From Antedon mediterranea (lineage: Eukaryota > Animalia > Echinodermata), in the NCBI RefSeq assembly GCF_964355755.1, contig NC_092677.1, forward strand, positions 27,267,175 through 27,331,174: 64,000 nt of DNA, in the 5' to 3' direction. A program made the translations under genes and the position numbers. Positions 54,501 through 64,000 of this stretch are shown here, in pieces (within the stretch, counting starts at the first letter, position 1; every line of letters starts with the position of its first letter). A model generated the notes under the pieces. It was given only the letters and a program-made list of their open reading frames with translations, did no database searches and had not been told where the DNA came from.

Positions 54501-57500
54501 TAAGCATTTATATAATACATTTGATAGATTAATAGTTGACATAATTTATGAAAATGAAATAGGTCTTCAACTGAATTATTATTGAAACTTTTACATGTCC
54601 TTTGAAATGAGTGAGATACAATATATTTACATATTACCCCTATTCAGTGTGCACACACATTACTTAAATGTGTCCCCCTAATATTTCTTTTTTATATATT
54701 ATAATTTATTGATCACAAAAAAACCAAATTGTAAATAATTGGTAATGAAAGCCAGGCCAGGAGGAAGCAATTTGGCTAATTATACTTTCCGTGTTTTTTC
54801 AACATGTTACATATGGTGGATGTCATTTGAAGCCCACACCCCACCAAGACCCTATCTTGAACATCCAGATATATATAACACTGACTCATGCTATATAAAC
54901 TTATGCTTAAGTTGCTTATTGAGTTCAATGGGTTTTTTTCCTTTGCTATCGGAACATTTGAGTCACTGTGTTGTCTCCTCGTTGAATTTTATGAGCGTTC
55001 CCTTGTCAAAATCGTTTAAAATTCTTCAGTGATTCTCAGTTTGGAGCAGGTGTGAGCATCGTTCAGTACGGTAGCAATCCTAAAATGCATCAATCGATTA
55101 ACCTCTTGAGTCCGTAATGTTCAGCAAAATAAAATGTTCGTTTCCTGTAGTTGATTATGTTTCCACTCCTGCTGGACATTTGCTGACTGATTTGTAATAC
55201 TATCTGCTTTTAGAAATCTACAACATAATTAATATCTTTATTTAATAATCATGCTCGTAGCCAGAATTTGTAGACAGGGTTAGTTGCTCCTCAAAAGGGG
55301 TAATCGTTGTCACAAGCTAGGCAATATGGGTCAAAATATTAAATAGTAATAATAATATAATCTCCTAACGTACTGTAGGCCTATAAAGACTATTTTGACA
55401 TTGCCTTTTGATTTTTTATTTATTCCAAGCAAAACGAATTTCCAGTTTAAAGTAGAGCAATAAAATTTCTTGAATCTTTCTAAAAAATGGTGAGCATTTT
55501 CCATTTCTACAAATATCTTCTTTCGCACATTGCCAAATATTTCCATCAGTTTTTGAGCGCTTGATGGGTTTCTTTAATTTTCCTTTGAATTTTATATAAT
55601 GATTATATATTACAGGAAGCAAGGGCCATCCAGATTCTCCCAAAAGGATGGGTGTGAGAGCAATACTTCTTCACATATCTTGTCTGAATCATTTTAATTA
55701 GATCTTACACAACCTTGAGTTATTAAAAAAATGTTCTTGAACTTTGCTCTCATTTTAATCGAGTTTGCATTTAAAAATTTAATTTTCATTGAGTTATCAA
55801 GACATTATTACACGATAGTTGTTTCAAAGTTGTCAATTAAAGTTTAATTTTTTATAAACATTGACATATTTTGAAAAGTTTAAGACCACGCCCATGGCAA
55901 CCACACCCATGGCAACACTTCATACATTCATTATTTATTTTTAGATCAAAGACAGGGACATATCATACAAACAAAAAGTAAACAGAATTGTGTTGTTATT
56001 TGATTTTGTTACTTATGAAAGCTGTTTACACGCACTCGGGTTTAAGAGTGGCAATGTGATTCAAGTCAATGTTTATATATGACATTTTTTTTAAACCAAA
56101 CCTGACAAAACAACTACAGCAGATATCATCTGATCAAAATTGAAACTCAATAAATAACTTGTTTAAATTTTTCAAAATCCCTTGTATGATAACCACAACC
56201 TTATAGTCAGGCCTCTGAATTGAAACATACAACACACACATTGTCAACCAAGTCCCTGAGGAGTGAACTCCCAAACTACCGCATAATAGACGCCAAACAT
56301 ACAGTATATAAAACACTTGGTGAACGTATGACTCTGCACTTACGCAAACGGAATAACGTATTTGACAGCGTACTGATATCAGAAATAGGAGATAAGATGT
56401 TTCCTTTTTGCGAGACACGCTTGACATGAACGTCGTACACGCACAGGAAGTAGAGTTGAGAGTGATGTTTTTCGTGGCTTGTTCCCAACAGCTGAATAAT
56501 CTAACATGAATGTCACATTTATTATTCTTAGGTTCAACTTTTTTTTTAATGTTTGCGAATATGTTTTTAAACATTGTTGGCAATGCAGTTCTGCTGTTAT
56601 ATTTTTAGATATCATTTTTTATGAAATTAATTTTTCTCATTATTATTTTGTCTTTCAGGTGTTAAATTCGCTGTGGTTTTACCTTGTGTATGCATTTGTA
56701 CACTTCTCATTGTGCTTAGTGCTAAGTGCTCAGATCTATTATATGGGCCAGTGGAAACTAGGTATGTATCTATTTCTGGTATATTATCTATAAATTTTTG
56801 CTGTCTTTGAGCTTGGTTTAGTACATTCTCAGCTTACAATGAGGAGCCATTTGTGACAATGACCTATGACCTATCCGTAATGTGTTGGTCTTCGTCTGGA
56901 CATAGACTATAGCAAAGATTGTGTCCAGGAATCAAGTGATGAGCAGGTCCCCCATTTTTTAACATAACAAGTTCCTAGTTCGTAGGTCATTGTAAATCAA
57001 AAGCTCTGTACTATCTAAAGGCTGAATGTGTTACTGCATTATTTCTCAACACATTCTTTACATTCAACACATGACAGTACTCCCATTCTAGAATTTGAGT
57101 TTCCAGCAATTTTCTAGTTCTGTATTGATTGTTATTTGTCAAATATTGACAATTTATCAAGTTTAATTATGCACAAATTAAATGATTTAAAATATAATAT
57201 ATTGGTATTCAGAAAGTATTGTTCCTTACCCGTTGCTTACTAAACACTCTACCAGAAAAGTTCTAAAGTAAAAAAAATGATTATATCTGTCGACTTTAAT
57301 AAAGTATTTTATCCTTGTTATGTCTTTATGAACTGAAACATGCCATCCATCCGCTGTGCACTAAGCACGCATCTTAGGCAGACAGACACTTTTACTGGAT
57401 GAGGAATCATATCTTTTAGCACTACTCTAGTATAACCCTATACAGGGGATATCCCTATTAAGGGCATGTCCATAATAAAAGGACACTTTTCTTTATTGTG

Positions 57501-60500
57501 ATCGTAAGGTTACATTCGAAAGCTTGGTCTACACTGCCAAATTTATATGACAAAAAATGTGATGTGCACATATATGGACACGATGATGTCATATCACTAC
57601 CATATTTGGGCATATCACACATTTTTGTCAAACTCGTTTGATAGTGTAAACAGAGCTTATAGATAGTACATGCACAATTATGCTAAACTGTGATTTCTAG
57701 TATTAGAAGATTACCAGTTTTAACAAAATATATTTACCCTGAAATTGTTTTTTGCTTTTAAAAGAGATGCTTTAAAATATTACCGGAATATCATCGAGTA
57801 TGACTGGAGAGAAGTTATAGGAGAAAAATTATTAAATACATATTAAAACAATGTGTTTCAGCTTCATGGGATATCCTGGTACCAAATAAACAAGGAAAAT
57901 GTTGTTATAATTTCCATCCACTCCACACATCAATATGTTGTGGTTGTTGGATGCATTTTTTATAATATTTTTAATTACCAAAGATTATAAACAGTCACTC
58001 GCATTATTTTCAATTTCAACATTATTTATAAAATGCCACCGCATTGTTGGCAAAAAATCTGCCCAGCTTGTTTTAATATTGTTATCATTGTGTCATCACT
58101 GTCGTTATTTAATTATCATTGTCATAATTACTGACATGAAGTATATATAGGTCGTTGTCTCCTGTCAATACCCAATGACCCTTTTCTTTATCCATATCTA
58201 TTGGTACGTTGTCTGTGAGTAACCTTTTTAAAGCCGTCACCTAAATCGCCGATGTCAATGACTGTTTTATATCGAAACAAGGAAATAATTAATAATTTTT
58301 TCTGGTTTTTCACATTTGTATTGTTTGTGATTTTTAAAACATTATTTTTAAACTCTGAGTAGCAGCGCTATTTACATGTGTCTCCTTTGGTTAATGTTGT
58401 TTGAATGAATTCAGATTGCAGAATAAATATGAAAAAAATATTGGATATAACTTTCAATTTTAAAAAAAAGTTATTGAACATAAGGGATATTTTCATTTGC
58501 AAACATTCTAGACAATCTTGGATGATTTTTATTTATTCTTTCTTTTGATTGGATTGTATTTTCAGGAATGTAGTACTGCTTTTCAAAATGATCCAGTTAC
58601 AAGGTTTAAAAGTAAAGAAAAATTATAACATATATACAGAAAATAAAAGCATACATAGGCTTAATTTGAAAGAATATACAGAACAGTATACAGTATAGAC
58701 ATAGATACATGATAATTGATTTTAATTTCTTTTCAGTCGTTTATTCTAAGTTAAATTAGTCCTTGTTAAGACTAAATTCTAATTAATTAACAACAATTTA
58801 CCGTATCAAGTGATATCCATGATGTTGCACATTTTTAATCTAAAGTAATTTAAAAACTTGAACATCTTGAGGCGGAAGATTTCCTATTTTAATCAGCCAT
58901 CCTTGTTTGTTGTTGATAGGTGTTCATAGCACGACAACACCTTGATGCGTTTACCGCACGGTAGCGCCCTAAGTTATCAAAGACTTCACACGTATCGCCG
59001 TGGAGATCTGTTATCAACTTTATCTCGGGTTATCCTTCGTAATTAACCAATCACTGGACAGTAATTTAATAATTGGGGATTTTGTTTTTTATCATTTTCA
59101 CCACCTTGGTAATATCGTCCTAGACTATCGCTAATATCGTCCTTGATGATACATTAATTTTTAATTTTATTAAATTTATAAGAAGTTAATTACAAAAAAA
59201 GAAATGATAATGAAGTAATCTAAATGATAAAATTATGATGTAACTTATTAATCATTAATTTGACAATAATCTTTATGATTATCTTGTTTTACGTGAACAA
59301 CTTAAAAGTTAAGCGCCTATGAGGTGTTAACAAAGATAGGATAACACAATTAAAGCCATTTATCTTTTAATCAACTTTTATTACAATTATGTCGAATCCT
59401 GTTATAATAAATGTGTGCAATTGTACACGTACATTCATTAATAGGATTTACGTGTTAAATAGGTTTTGGAAAAAAATGTATTATTATTAATCCTTCTTTA
59501 ATATTTAATGCATACTTTATTTCAAATTCAACTAAAACATGCTTGTTAATATACATTTTTATTCCAAGGTGAATTAAATTAACAAATATTTTTTAATCTT
59601 GTTCCTGGATTTTCAGATTATCTTCTTGCTTCAGGTAGAAATAAATACATAATGTTGTCATTTATAACATTATAATGTTGTCATTTATAACATTTAGTTA
59701 TAATGTTGTCATTTATAACATTAATTATGATGTTGTCATTTATAACATTAATCATTAATTATAATGTTGTCATTAATAATGTTCATTCATCATACATTAA
59801 CCTGAATTGTAGTGGTACAGTATCATGGTACAGTATTTTGGTATGTATATTCTCATTGCAAATCGTAAAGAGTTGGGTTCAAATCATGTAGGAGTTGTTA
59901 AGGAAAGAAATATGTAAAATGTTTATGCCTTGATTTGGTCCAGTGGCCAGAGAAGAGTCTGGGCTATGATACACTTTCTGAAAGCTGTATGGAGTAATGC
60001 TTATTTTTTACTCCATGGTTTAAAGTGTGAACAATTCTATCTCGTTTATGTTTGTTTGGCCACTGGACTGGAATCTGGACTTGGTGTGAATGCAGCTTTA
60101 AGTAGAAATCAAATTATATAAGCAAAGGGGCAGACAATCATGCAAAATGCATGCTGGGAAGGATAGCGATGTTGTGTATATATAAACATGTTTTGTTGTA
60201 CACTACTGTACTATAGTATAAACTCATGACCAAACTGAACTGGCAAATAACTGGAAAATGTCCCAAAACCAGATCCAAAATTCTGTCCTAATTATATTAA
60301 AATGCAGGCTAAAAAACCACACTACAATTGTAAAGCTCTGTCTACATTATCAAACTAGTTTGACAAAAAAGTGTGATGTGTAAATATGGTAGTGCTATAT
60401 CCAAATATGGTAGTGATATGACATCATCATGTCCATATATGGGCACATCATATTTTTTTGTCATATAAAGTTTGATAGTGTAGACAGAGATTTAGCCAGT

Positions 60501-62115
60501 CTGATGATGTGAATTGAGATAAAAATTAATAATCATGTTAATTAAATAAATTTAAAAATGTCTGTCTACTGGCACTATAAATCACAAGATCCGGAAGAAA
60601 ATCTATTTTGCATAATTAAGCAATTATTGTAATTGCATTTTCAACTTTCAAATATTATTTTTGGAATATTTGATGGATCTGGAGGGTGCTTTTAGCAACT
60701 GTAGTCATTACCCTTGACATGAACCAGATACTCTTGGTTACAAGTGTTTTATCCTGCCACGCTATCTAACTTTGTGATGCAAGAGTTATTTATATATGTC
60801 ACTGTATAAGTATGTGGACATTTAGGTAACGGAACGTTTATACAGTACACTCTTTGAAAAAGAGTACAGATTGTCTACCACTGTACTCTCCAAATCACCT
60901 CTAGAAGGACTCCACCAGAAACAAGTTTACGAACTTAGTGGACTATTCTTGGTGTATAACATATAAACATTCCATACATTTGTATGCATATTTTGGCTGT
61001 TTGATATAAAAAGTGTAATCTTGTGGGTGTAAGTCTTACTTAGCCATGGCCACTCATCAACTTCAATGAAAGCCTATGTAATATCTGCTATTATTAATTT
61101 TTTGTTTTTTTATCTAACTTTACAATATATTACTAACATTGGTGTGTATATTTTAAGATGTATTATTTTTAAATAATTCAATTTTTTTTTTTATTTAAAC
61201 ATATGTCATGTTTAGTATTTTGTTTTGGTATAGTACATAAAAGATATAAATGGTAGTTTTAATAAGCCTTCCTCTAAGGGCAAAGTTCTAAGTTCTAATC
61301 CGATAAGCACTTCCGCGCCACAATACAAGTTGAGGATGTGTGTATGGAAGCACCTATCATTCTAATGCTCTGTCTACACTATCAAACTTTTTGTGACAAC
61401 AAAATGTGATGTGCCCATATATGGCCATGATGATGTCATATCACTACCATATTTGGGCACATCACTACCATATTTGGGCACATCACACTAGTTTGATAGT
61501 GTAGACCAATCCTAACCACCTTCATATTATATCCTCTCACTAATCTCACTATCCTTGATGTTGCACTCAATTTATAATAAGTTACTTACAACAAAAGGAT
61601 GAATTAATAATCATTAATTGAACAATAACAATAACCTATATGATTATCTTGTTTTACATGAAGATTAACAAATTATCAACAATTATAAACATCATAGGAT
61701 ATTGAAAATCCAAATTTACTCGCTTTACTTTGATGTCTGCTTTCCATGAAATAAAAAACTCTTTTATCTTTTGCTTCAGATTTTGGAATATTTAAACGAA
61801 TTTGGTATTTAATCCGGACTGACTTTCTCCGATGCTCTAAACCAGTTTATACCGTAAGAACTTTTCTTATTCTTATTTCCAAAAATCTTCTTGAGAAACT
61901 GTTTTCTTGTGATATGTTAGTTGATGTTGGTACAAATTCAACTTTACAGAATTATTTTTTACCTCCATGATTACAGTATATGATTTATGTCCTGCAAACT
62001 TCTCTTATTGCTTTTTTGTTTTAATTTTATTTAATATTAATTTTTCTTTTTTTCTTCTACATTTACAGGATAGGATGGTAGTACTCCTAATAGGAAATGC
62101 CGTCAATTGGTCACT
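480..62115 (+). CDS. SIDT1: SID-1 transmembrane family member (SIDT1/SIDT2-like), partial multi-exon gene: join(480-536,1608-1701,3737-3762,10122-10184,10633-10907,20463-20536,20893-21016,21315-21432,25229-25365,56659-56761,61780-61853,62069-62115); continues beyond both window ends
   Basis: All 12 exons have AG/GT boundaries with compatible phases and splice into one open frame. It carries SID-1 family motifs in the expected order: [121 protein letters not shown]1 versus SIDT2 cannot be resolved from sequence alone. Confidence 0.95.
1608..1701 (+). CDS. SIDT1: SIDT exon, TM1 ([31 protein letters not shown])
   Basis: tttactatag acceptor, gtaaga donor; hydrophobic helix; phase 1-2. Confidence 0.88.
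3022..3348. repeat. 15-bp minisatellite (tatcaatataaatga), ~21 copies
   Basis: Direct inspection. Confidence 0.97.
3474..3540 (-). mobile_element. degenerate tRNA-derived SINE head
   Basis: Minus strand reads tgtggttaagg...ggttcaaatct (A- and B-box-like). Confidence 0.45.
3737..3762 (+). CDS. SIDT1: SIDT 26-nt microexon (RQDSNSSGE)
   Basis: tttttaacag acceptor, gtaagt donor; supplies the phase 2 to phase 1 change needed between the 1608-1701 and 10122-10184 exons. Confidence 0.8.
4350..4505. mobile_element. MITE family A (PIF/Harbinger, Tourist-like), copy 1
   Basis: TIR (a)gctctgtctacactatcaaact; TTA on both flanks. Confidence 0.85.
5546..5563 (+). CDS. SIDT1: candidate alternative 18-nt microexon of SIDT (EPTDQT)
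   Basis: ttttcatgtcag | agcctaccgaccagacag | gtaagc; 3n length, phase 1-1, no stop codon. Confidence 0.55.
5657..5769. repeat. 37-bp tandem repeat, 3 copies
   Basis: ggttattatgaatatatattgaatagccccctctttt starting at 5657, 5694 and 5731. Confidence 0.95.
7039..8167. mobile_element. non-autonomous DNA transposon with TTAA TSD, Kolobok-like
   Basis: ~28-bp TIR aatggacctgaaatgga(a/t)tttcgatttt at both ends; TTAA at 7035-7038 and 8168-8171; purine-purine termini fit Kolobok better than piggyBac (CCY); CpG-rich interior with no transposase ORF. Confidence 0.75.
8440..8580. mobile_element. MITE family A, copy 2
   Basis: Perfect TIR agctctgtctacactatcaaact; TTA TSD. Confidence 0.88.
9069..9080 (+). 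CDS. SIDT1: candidate alternative 12-nt microexon of SIDT (ASLL)
   Basis: Long pyrimidine tract, TGC ~10 nt upstream of the acceptor, atattcag | ccagtctattag | gtagag; 3n length, phase 1-1, no stop codon. Confidence 0.5.
   Translation, partial: PVY
9110..9282. mobile_element. MITE family B (PIF/Harbinger-like), copy 1
   Basis: Perfect 17-bp TIR agcttggttcccactag, subterminal aacgcaac/gttgcgtt repeats, TTA TSD. Confidence 0.85.
10122..10184 (+). CDS. SIDT1: SIDT exon, cytosolic loop ([21 protein letters not shown])
   Basis: ttttgttttag acceptor, gttaga donor; phase 1-1; YGS motif as in the SIDT loop. Confidence 0.8.
10280..10570 (+). mobile_element. tRNA-derived SINE with Deu/Nin-like central domain
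   Basis: A-box-like tggccaagcagttaag and B-box-like ggttccaggct, followed by ctcggata..actataaa..aggtcc..aagaacc..gagtagggggttaccccggtgt, which resembles the Deu/Nin SINE domain as I recall it. Confidence 0.65.
10633..10907 (+). CDS. SIDT1: SIDT exon, loop end plus TM2 (GRPSP...VSDLSRKD...[15 protein letters not shown])
   Basis: Within ORF 10620-10937; hallmark SID-1 motifs; aatag acceptor, gtattt donor. Confidence 0.95.
12224..12616. repeat. 19-bp minisatellite (ttcca(c/t)actcaactaacta), ~20 copies
   Basis: Direct inspection. Confidence 0.97.
16238..17121. repeat. 21/24-bp minisatellite (aaaacaccacagtctatcaat with +3-bp variants), ~40 copies
   Basis: Direct inspection; accounts for four overlapping ORFs. 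Confidence 0.97.
17798..18763. repeat. 51-bp minisatellite, ~19 copies
   Basis: Unit cagtttacaaacaggttactggcatgtatagaactagtaattaatttaaac. Confidence 0.97.
20264..20391. mobile_element. MITE family A, copy 3 (opposite orientation)
   Basis: Same TIR with reversed internal sequence; ends ~70 bp upstream of a SIDT exon. Confidence 0.85.
20463..20536 (+). CDS. SIDT1: SIDT exon ([25 protein letters not shown])
   Basis: tttttgcag acceptor, gtaaga donor; [13 protein letters not shown] motif. Confidence 0.95.
20893..21016 (+). CDS. SIDT1: SIDT exon ([26 protein letters not shown]...)
   Basis: tttattgcag acceptor, gtttga donor; AFNNxxSNxGY motif. Confidence 0.95.
21315..21432 (+). CDS. SIDT1: SIDT exon ([39 protein letters not shown])
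   Basis: tttatttcag acceptor, gtaagt donor; SACYHVCPN contains the conserved SxxxH metal-binding motif of the CREST superfamily. Confidence 0.96.
24946..25063. repeat. dispersed repeat fragment, second copy at ~44436-44553
   Basis: Both share ttgattgacaccgaagtgtttaaggtgatgt and a flanking tatcagctgctg. Confidence 0.75.
25229..25365 (+). CDS. SIDT1: SIDT exon ([46 protein letters not shown])
   Basis: gtatatag acceptor, gtaagt donor; DTSFMY and RHPDINA motifs. Confidence 0.96.
25456..25580. mobile_element. MITE family A, copy 4
   Basis: Same TIR; TAA TSD. Confidence 0.87.
26038..26171. mobile_element. MITE family B-related copy
   Basis: agcttggttgccactag ... ctattgagaaccaagct termini; internal gaccaatca/tgattggtc inverted pair. 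Confidence 0.7.
26180..26441. repeat. 130-bp tandem duplication, apparently identical copies
   Basis: atgggatgtaacaagagg...gtaagatc occurs at 26180 and 26310. Confidence 0.95.
28624..28764. mobile_element. MITE family A, copy 5
   Basis: Same TIR, left end diverged; TTA TSD. Confidence 0.85.
29131..29286. mobile_element. MITE family B-related copy
   Basis: Right end ctagtgggaatcaagct; acgcaacgcaag/cttgcgttgcgt inverted subterminal motifs. Confidence 0.68.
30613..31296. repeat. two adjacent imperfect local duplications (~150 bp and ~190 bp units)
   Basis: aaatcgctttgttgctctt at ~30626 and ~30772; gatttataagagccatcatctttttctaat at ~31005 and ~31197. Confidence 0.8.
32890..33004. mobile_element. 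MITE family A, copy 6 (truncated), immediately 3' of the nested gene stop codon
   Basis: One intact TIR plus the internal ggacatgatgatgtcatatca motif; second TIR mostly missing. Confidence 0.8.
33027..33863 (-). CDS. nested gene coding exon 3, end of FN3, TM helix and ~209-aa cytoplasmic tail
   Basis: tttcattcacag acceptor; extends ORF 33027-33803 by 20 codons ([20 protein letters not shown]); [25 protein letters not shown]. Confidence 0.9.
   Translation of the reverse strand, partial: GLLPRTQYTVCVNIVLKNITMREAILRDQCVEVMTTNEYIANLDWKTVTVLVAILVFIFASILIIALMIQRRRLLKYYLRTVKITPAPVELMKKIEITKVTQPSVVSNTLPMHTKTVCNNDLPVFRRAQTQTCNLDRVDLVHQHTQTPPIVERHNKPSRGKNLSSCSGYSSNSSSSSSSMRYGNNYTPCPSRPPVIPDHININMEERKMAFTVATNDDTTQRKLCRSIKAQHTATFATTARFLSNRENEDSDNEGTVPYFLPRFNTSYQTNSFHGMLE
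33027..41281 (-). CDS. nested antisense gene, type I membrane protein ~439 aa (signal peptide-EGF-FN3-TM-cytoplasmic tail; vasorin C-terminal-like): complement(join(33027-33863,37966-38382,41216-41281))
   Basis: Three phase-0 exons with canonical splice sites join into one ATG-to-TAA frame. It has a six-Cys EGF domain, an FN3 domain split across exons 2/3 (YSIM|[12 protein letters not shown]) and a TM helix followed by QRRR. Confidence 0.88.
35705..36000. repeat. degenerate 19-23-bp repeat (taatttacatatttaa core)
   Basis: Direct inspection. Confidence 0.85.
37966..38382 (-). CDS. nested gene coding exon 2, EGF-like domain plus first part of FN3
   Basis: tttctttcag acceptor, gtaagc donor; [13 protein letters not shown]...CLC...GDNCE and PPPSNVT...SVTISW...GFRIQY. 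Confidence 0.92.
38912..39062. mobile_element. MITE family A, copy 7
   Basis: Same TIR and internal actaccatattt repeats. Confidence 0.85.
41216..41281 (-). CDS. nested gene coding exon 1, signal peptide ([22 protein letters not shown])
   Basis: ATG at 41281, hydrophobic core ending VLA, gtaaga donor, phase 0. Confidence 0.8.
42157..42323. repeat. 81-bp tandem duplication
   Basis: aatgtgagctcctggttag...gacaagtatt, two copies. Confidence 0.93.
45461..45589. repeat. 21-bp minisatellite (attacagtatgtgactactac), 6 copies
   Basis: Direct inspection. Confidence 0.95.
46160..46460. mobile_element. tandemly duplicated MITE-like element (family C), ~150-bp period
   Basis: ggctgtattcacacta ... tagtgtgaacaggcc imperfect TIR; unit repeated head-to-tail with an aataatgtaa spacer. 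Confidence 0.55.
48014..53901. repeat. 101-bp satellite array, ~58 copies, with higher-order structure
   Basis: Unit cacaaatggtgttatgggtggttagcagagcccctctaagcttcttgtagcatctatgtcatttgataatacataatcatacataggagactgttaagcta; period 101 bp. Confidence 0.98.
56190..56420 (+). mobile_element. highly degenerate LINE (CR1/L2-like) RT C-terminal fragment
   Basis: Coding-like, GC-richer patch with an IVRPL motif (cf. IVRPxLEY) interrupted by frameshifts and stops. Confidence 0.3.
56659..56761 (+). CDS. SIDT1: SIDT exon ([34 protein letters not shown])
   Basis: tctttcag acceptor, gtatgt donor; phase 0 matches the preceding exon across the 31-kb intron; QxYYMGxWKL motif. Confidence 0.94.
57521..57657. 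mobile_element. MITE family A, copy 8
   Basis: Diverged TIRs, same internal sequence. Confidence 0.82.
59649..59775. repeat. imperfect ~23-31-bp repeat (ataatgttgtcatttataacatt), 5 copies
   Basis: Direct inspection. Confidence 0.85.
60334..60491. mobile_element. MITE family A, copy 9
   Basis: Same TIR and internal sequence; TAA/TTA flanks. Confidence 0.85.
61366..61512. mobile_element. MITE family A, copy 10
   Basis: Same TIR, right end diverged; TAA on both flanks. Confidence 0.83.
61780..61853 (+). CDS. SIDT1: SIDT exon ([25 protein letters not shown])
   Basis: ttgcttcag acceptor, gtaaga donor; fits the SIDT pattern D.GIFRRI...CS.PLY. Confidence 0.92.
62069..62115 (+). CDS. SIDT1: SIDT exon ([16 protein letters not shown])
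   Basis: atttacag acceptor, gtaagt donor; DRMV.L..GN..NWS motif. Confidence 0.93.
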
Positions 62116-62134
62116 GTAAGTGATTAAAATATAT

Positions 62135-64000
62135 CTATTACCTTGGCTCTATGATGCCCTGTCAGATGTAGCCCTCCTCAAACCTCTGACATTCCTTTCT
62201 GTGCTGCGCTGTCCTATTACCTTGGCTCCATGTTGCCCTGTCAGATGTAGCCCTCCTCAAACCTCTGACATTCCTTTCTGTGCTGCGCTGTCCTATTACC
62301 TTGGCTCCATGTTGCCCTGTCAGATGTAGCCCTCCTCAAACCTCTGACATTCCTTTCTGTGCTGCGCTGTCCTATTACCTTGGCTCCATGTTGCCCTGTC
62401 AGTAGCCCTCCTCAAACCTCTGACATTCCTTTCTGTGCTGCGCTGTCCTATTACCTTGGCTCTATGTTGCCCTGTCAGATGTAGCCCTCCTCAAACCTCT
62501 GACATTCCTTTCTGTGCTGCGCTGTCCTATTACCTTGGCTCCATGTTGCCCTGTCAGTAGCCCTCCTCAAACCTCTGACATTCCTTTCTGTGCTGCGCTG
62601 TCCTATTACCTTGGCTCCATGTTGCCCTGTCAGTAGCCCTCCTCAAACCTCTGACATTCTTTTCTGTGCTGCGCTGTCCTATTACCTTGGCTCCATGTTG
62701 CCCTGTCAGTAGCCCTCCTCAAACCTCTGACATTCCTTTCTGTGCTGCGCTGTCCTATTACCTTGGCTCTATGTTGCCCTGTCAGATGTAGCCCTCCTCA
62801 AACCTCTGACATTCCTTTCTGTGCTGCGCTGTCCTATTACCTTGGCTCCATGTTGCCCTGTCAGATGTAGCCCTCCTCAAACCTCTGACATTCCTTTCTG
62901 TGCTGCGCTGTCCTATTACCTTGGCTCCATGTTGCCCTGTCAGTAGCCCTCCTCAAACCTCTGACATTCTTTTCTGTGCTGCGCTGTCCTATTACCTTGG
63001 CTCCATGTTGCCCTGTCAGTAGCCCTCCTCAAACCTCTGACATTCCTTTCTGTGCTGCGCTGTCCTATTACCTTGGCTCTATGTTGCCCTGTCAGATGTA
63101 GCCCTCCTCAAATCTCTGACATTCCTTTCTGTGCTGCGCTGTCCTATTACCTTGGCTCCATGTTGCCCTGTCAGTAGCCCTCCTCAAACCTCTGACATTC
63201 CTTTCTGTGCTGCGCTGTCCTATTACCTTGGCTCTATGTTGCCCTGTCAGATGTAGCCCTCCTCAAACCTCTGACATTCCTTTCTGTGCTGCGCTGTCCT
63301 ATTACCTTGGCTCCATGTTGCCCTGTCAGTAGCCCTCCTCAAACCTCTGACATTCCTTTCTGTGCTGCGCTGTCCTATTACCTTGGCTCTATGTTGCCCT
63401 GTCAGATGTAGCCCTCCTCAAACCTCTGACATTCCTTTCTGTGCTGCGCTGTCCTATTACCTTGGCTCCATGTTGCCCTGTCAGATGTAGCCCTCCTCAA
63501 ACCTCTGACATTCCTTTCTGTGCTGCGCTGTCCTATTACCTTGGCTCTATGTTGCCCTGTCAGATGTAGCCCTCCTCAAACCTCTGACATTCCTTTCTGT
63601 GCTGCGCTGTCCTATTACCTTGGCTCCATGTTGCCCTGTCAGATGTAGCCCTCCTCAAACCTCTGACATTCCTTTCTGTGCTGCGCTGTCCTATTACCTT
63701 GGCTCTATGATGCCCTGTCAGATGTAGCCCTCCTCAAACCTCTGACATTCCTTTCTGTGCTGCGCTGTCCTATTACCTTGGCTCTATGATGCCCTGTCAG
63801 ATGTAGCCCTCCTCAAACCTCTGACATTCCTTTCTGTGCTGCGCTGTCCTATTACCTTGGCTCCATGTTGCCCTGTCAGATGTAGCCCTCCTCAAACCTC
63901 TGACATTCCTTTCTGTGCTGCGCTGTCCTATTACCTTGGCTCCATGTTGCCCTGTCAGATGTAGCCCTCCTCAAACCTCTGACATTCCTTTCTGTGCTGC
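62135..64000. repeat. 79/76-bp satellite array, at least 23 copies, running off the window end
   Basis: Unit ctattaccttggctccatgttgccctgtcag(atg)tagccctcctcaaacctctgacattcctttctgtgctgcgctgtc. Confidence 0.98.

Noticed and set aside
62135-64000. Hammerhead (retrozyme-like) satellite
   Set aside because: Only ctgaca motifs are present; the CTGAnGA catalytic core is absent.

Overview
AT-rich, intron-rich animal genomic DNA, probably from an invertebrate (organism not determinable here). The whole window lies inside one large + strand SID-1 transmembrane family gene (SIDT1/SIDT2-like). I assembled 12 in-frame GT-AG exons from 480 to 62115; the start and end of the gene lie outside the window. 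Two further frame-preserving microexon candidates (18 nt and 12 nt) fall in the TM1-TM2 cytosolic loop. The ~31.3-kb intron (25366-56658) hosts a complete nested antisense 3-exon gene (~439 aa: signal peptide-EGF-FN3-TM-cytoplasmic tail with TQT motifs) resembling a vasorin that lacks the LRR region. The introns also carry ten copies of a PIF/Harbinger-type MITE, two further MITE families, a 1.1-kb TTAA-flanked Kolobok-like element, a tRNA-derived Deu/Nin-like SINE and many tandem repeats, including a 5.9-kb 101-bp satellite with higher-order structure. The long ORFs over tandem repeats are judged artefacts.
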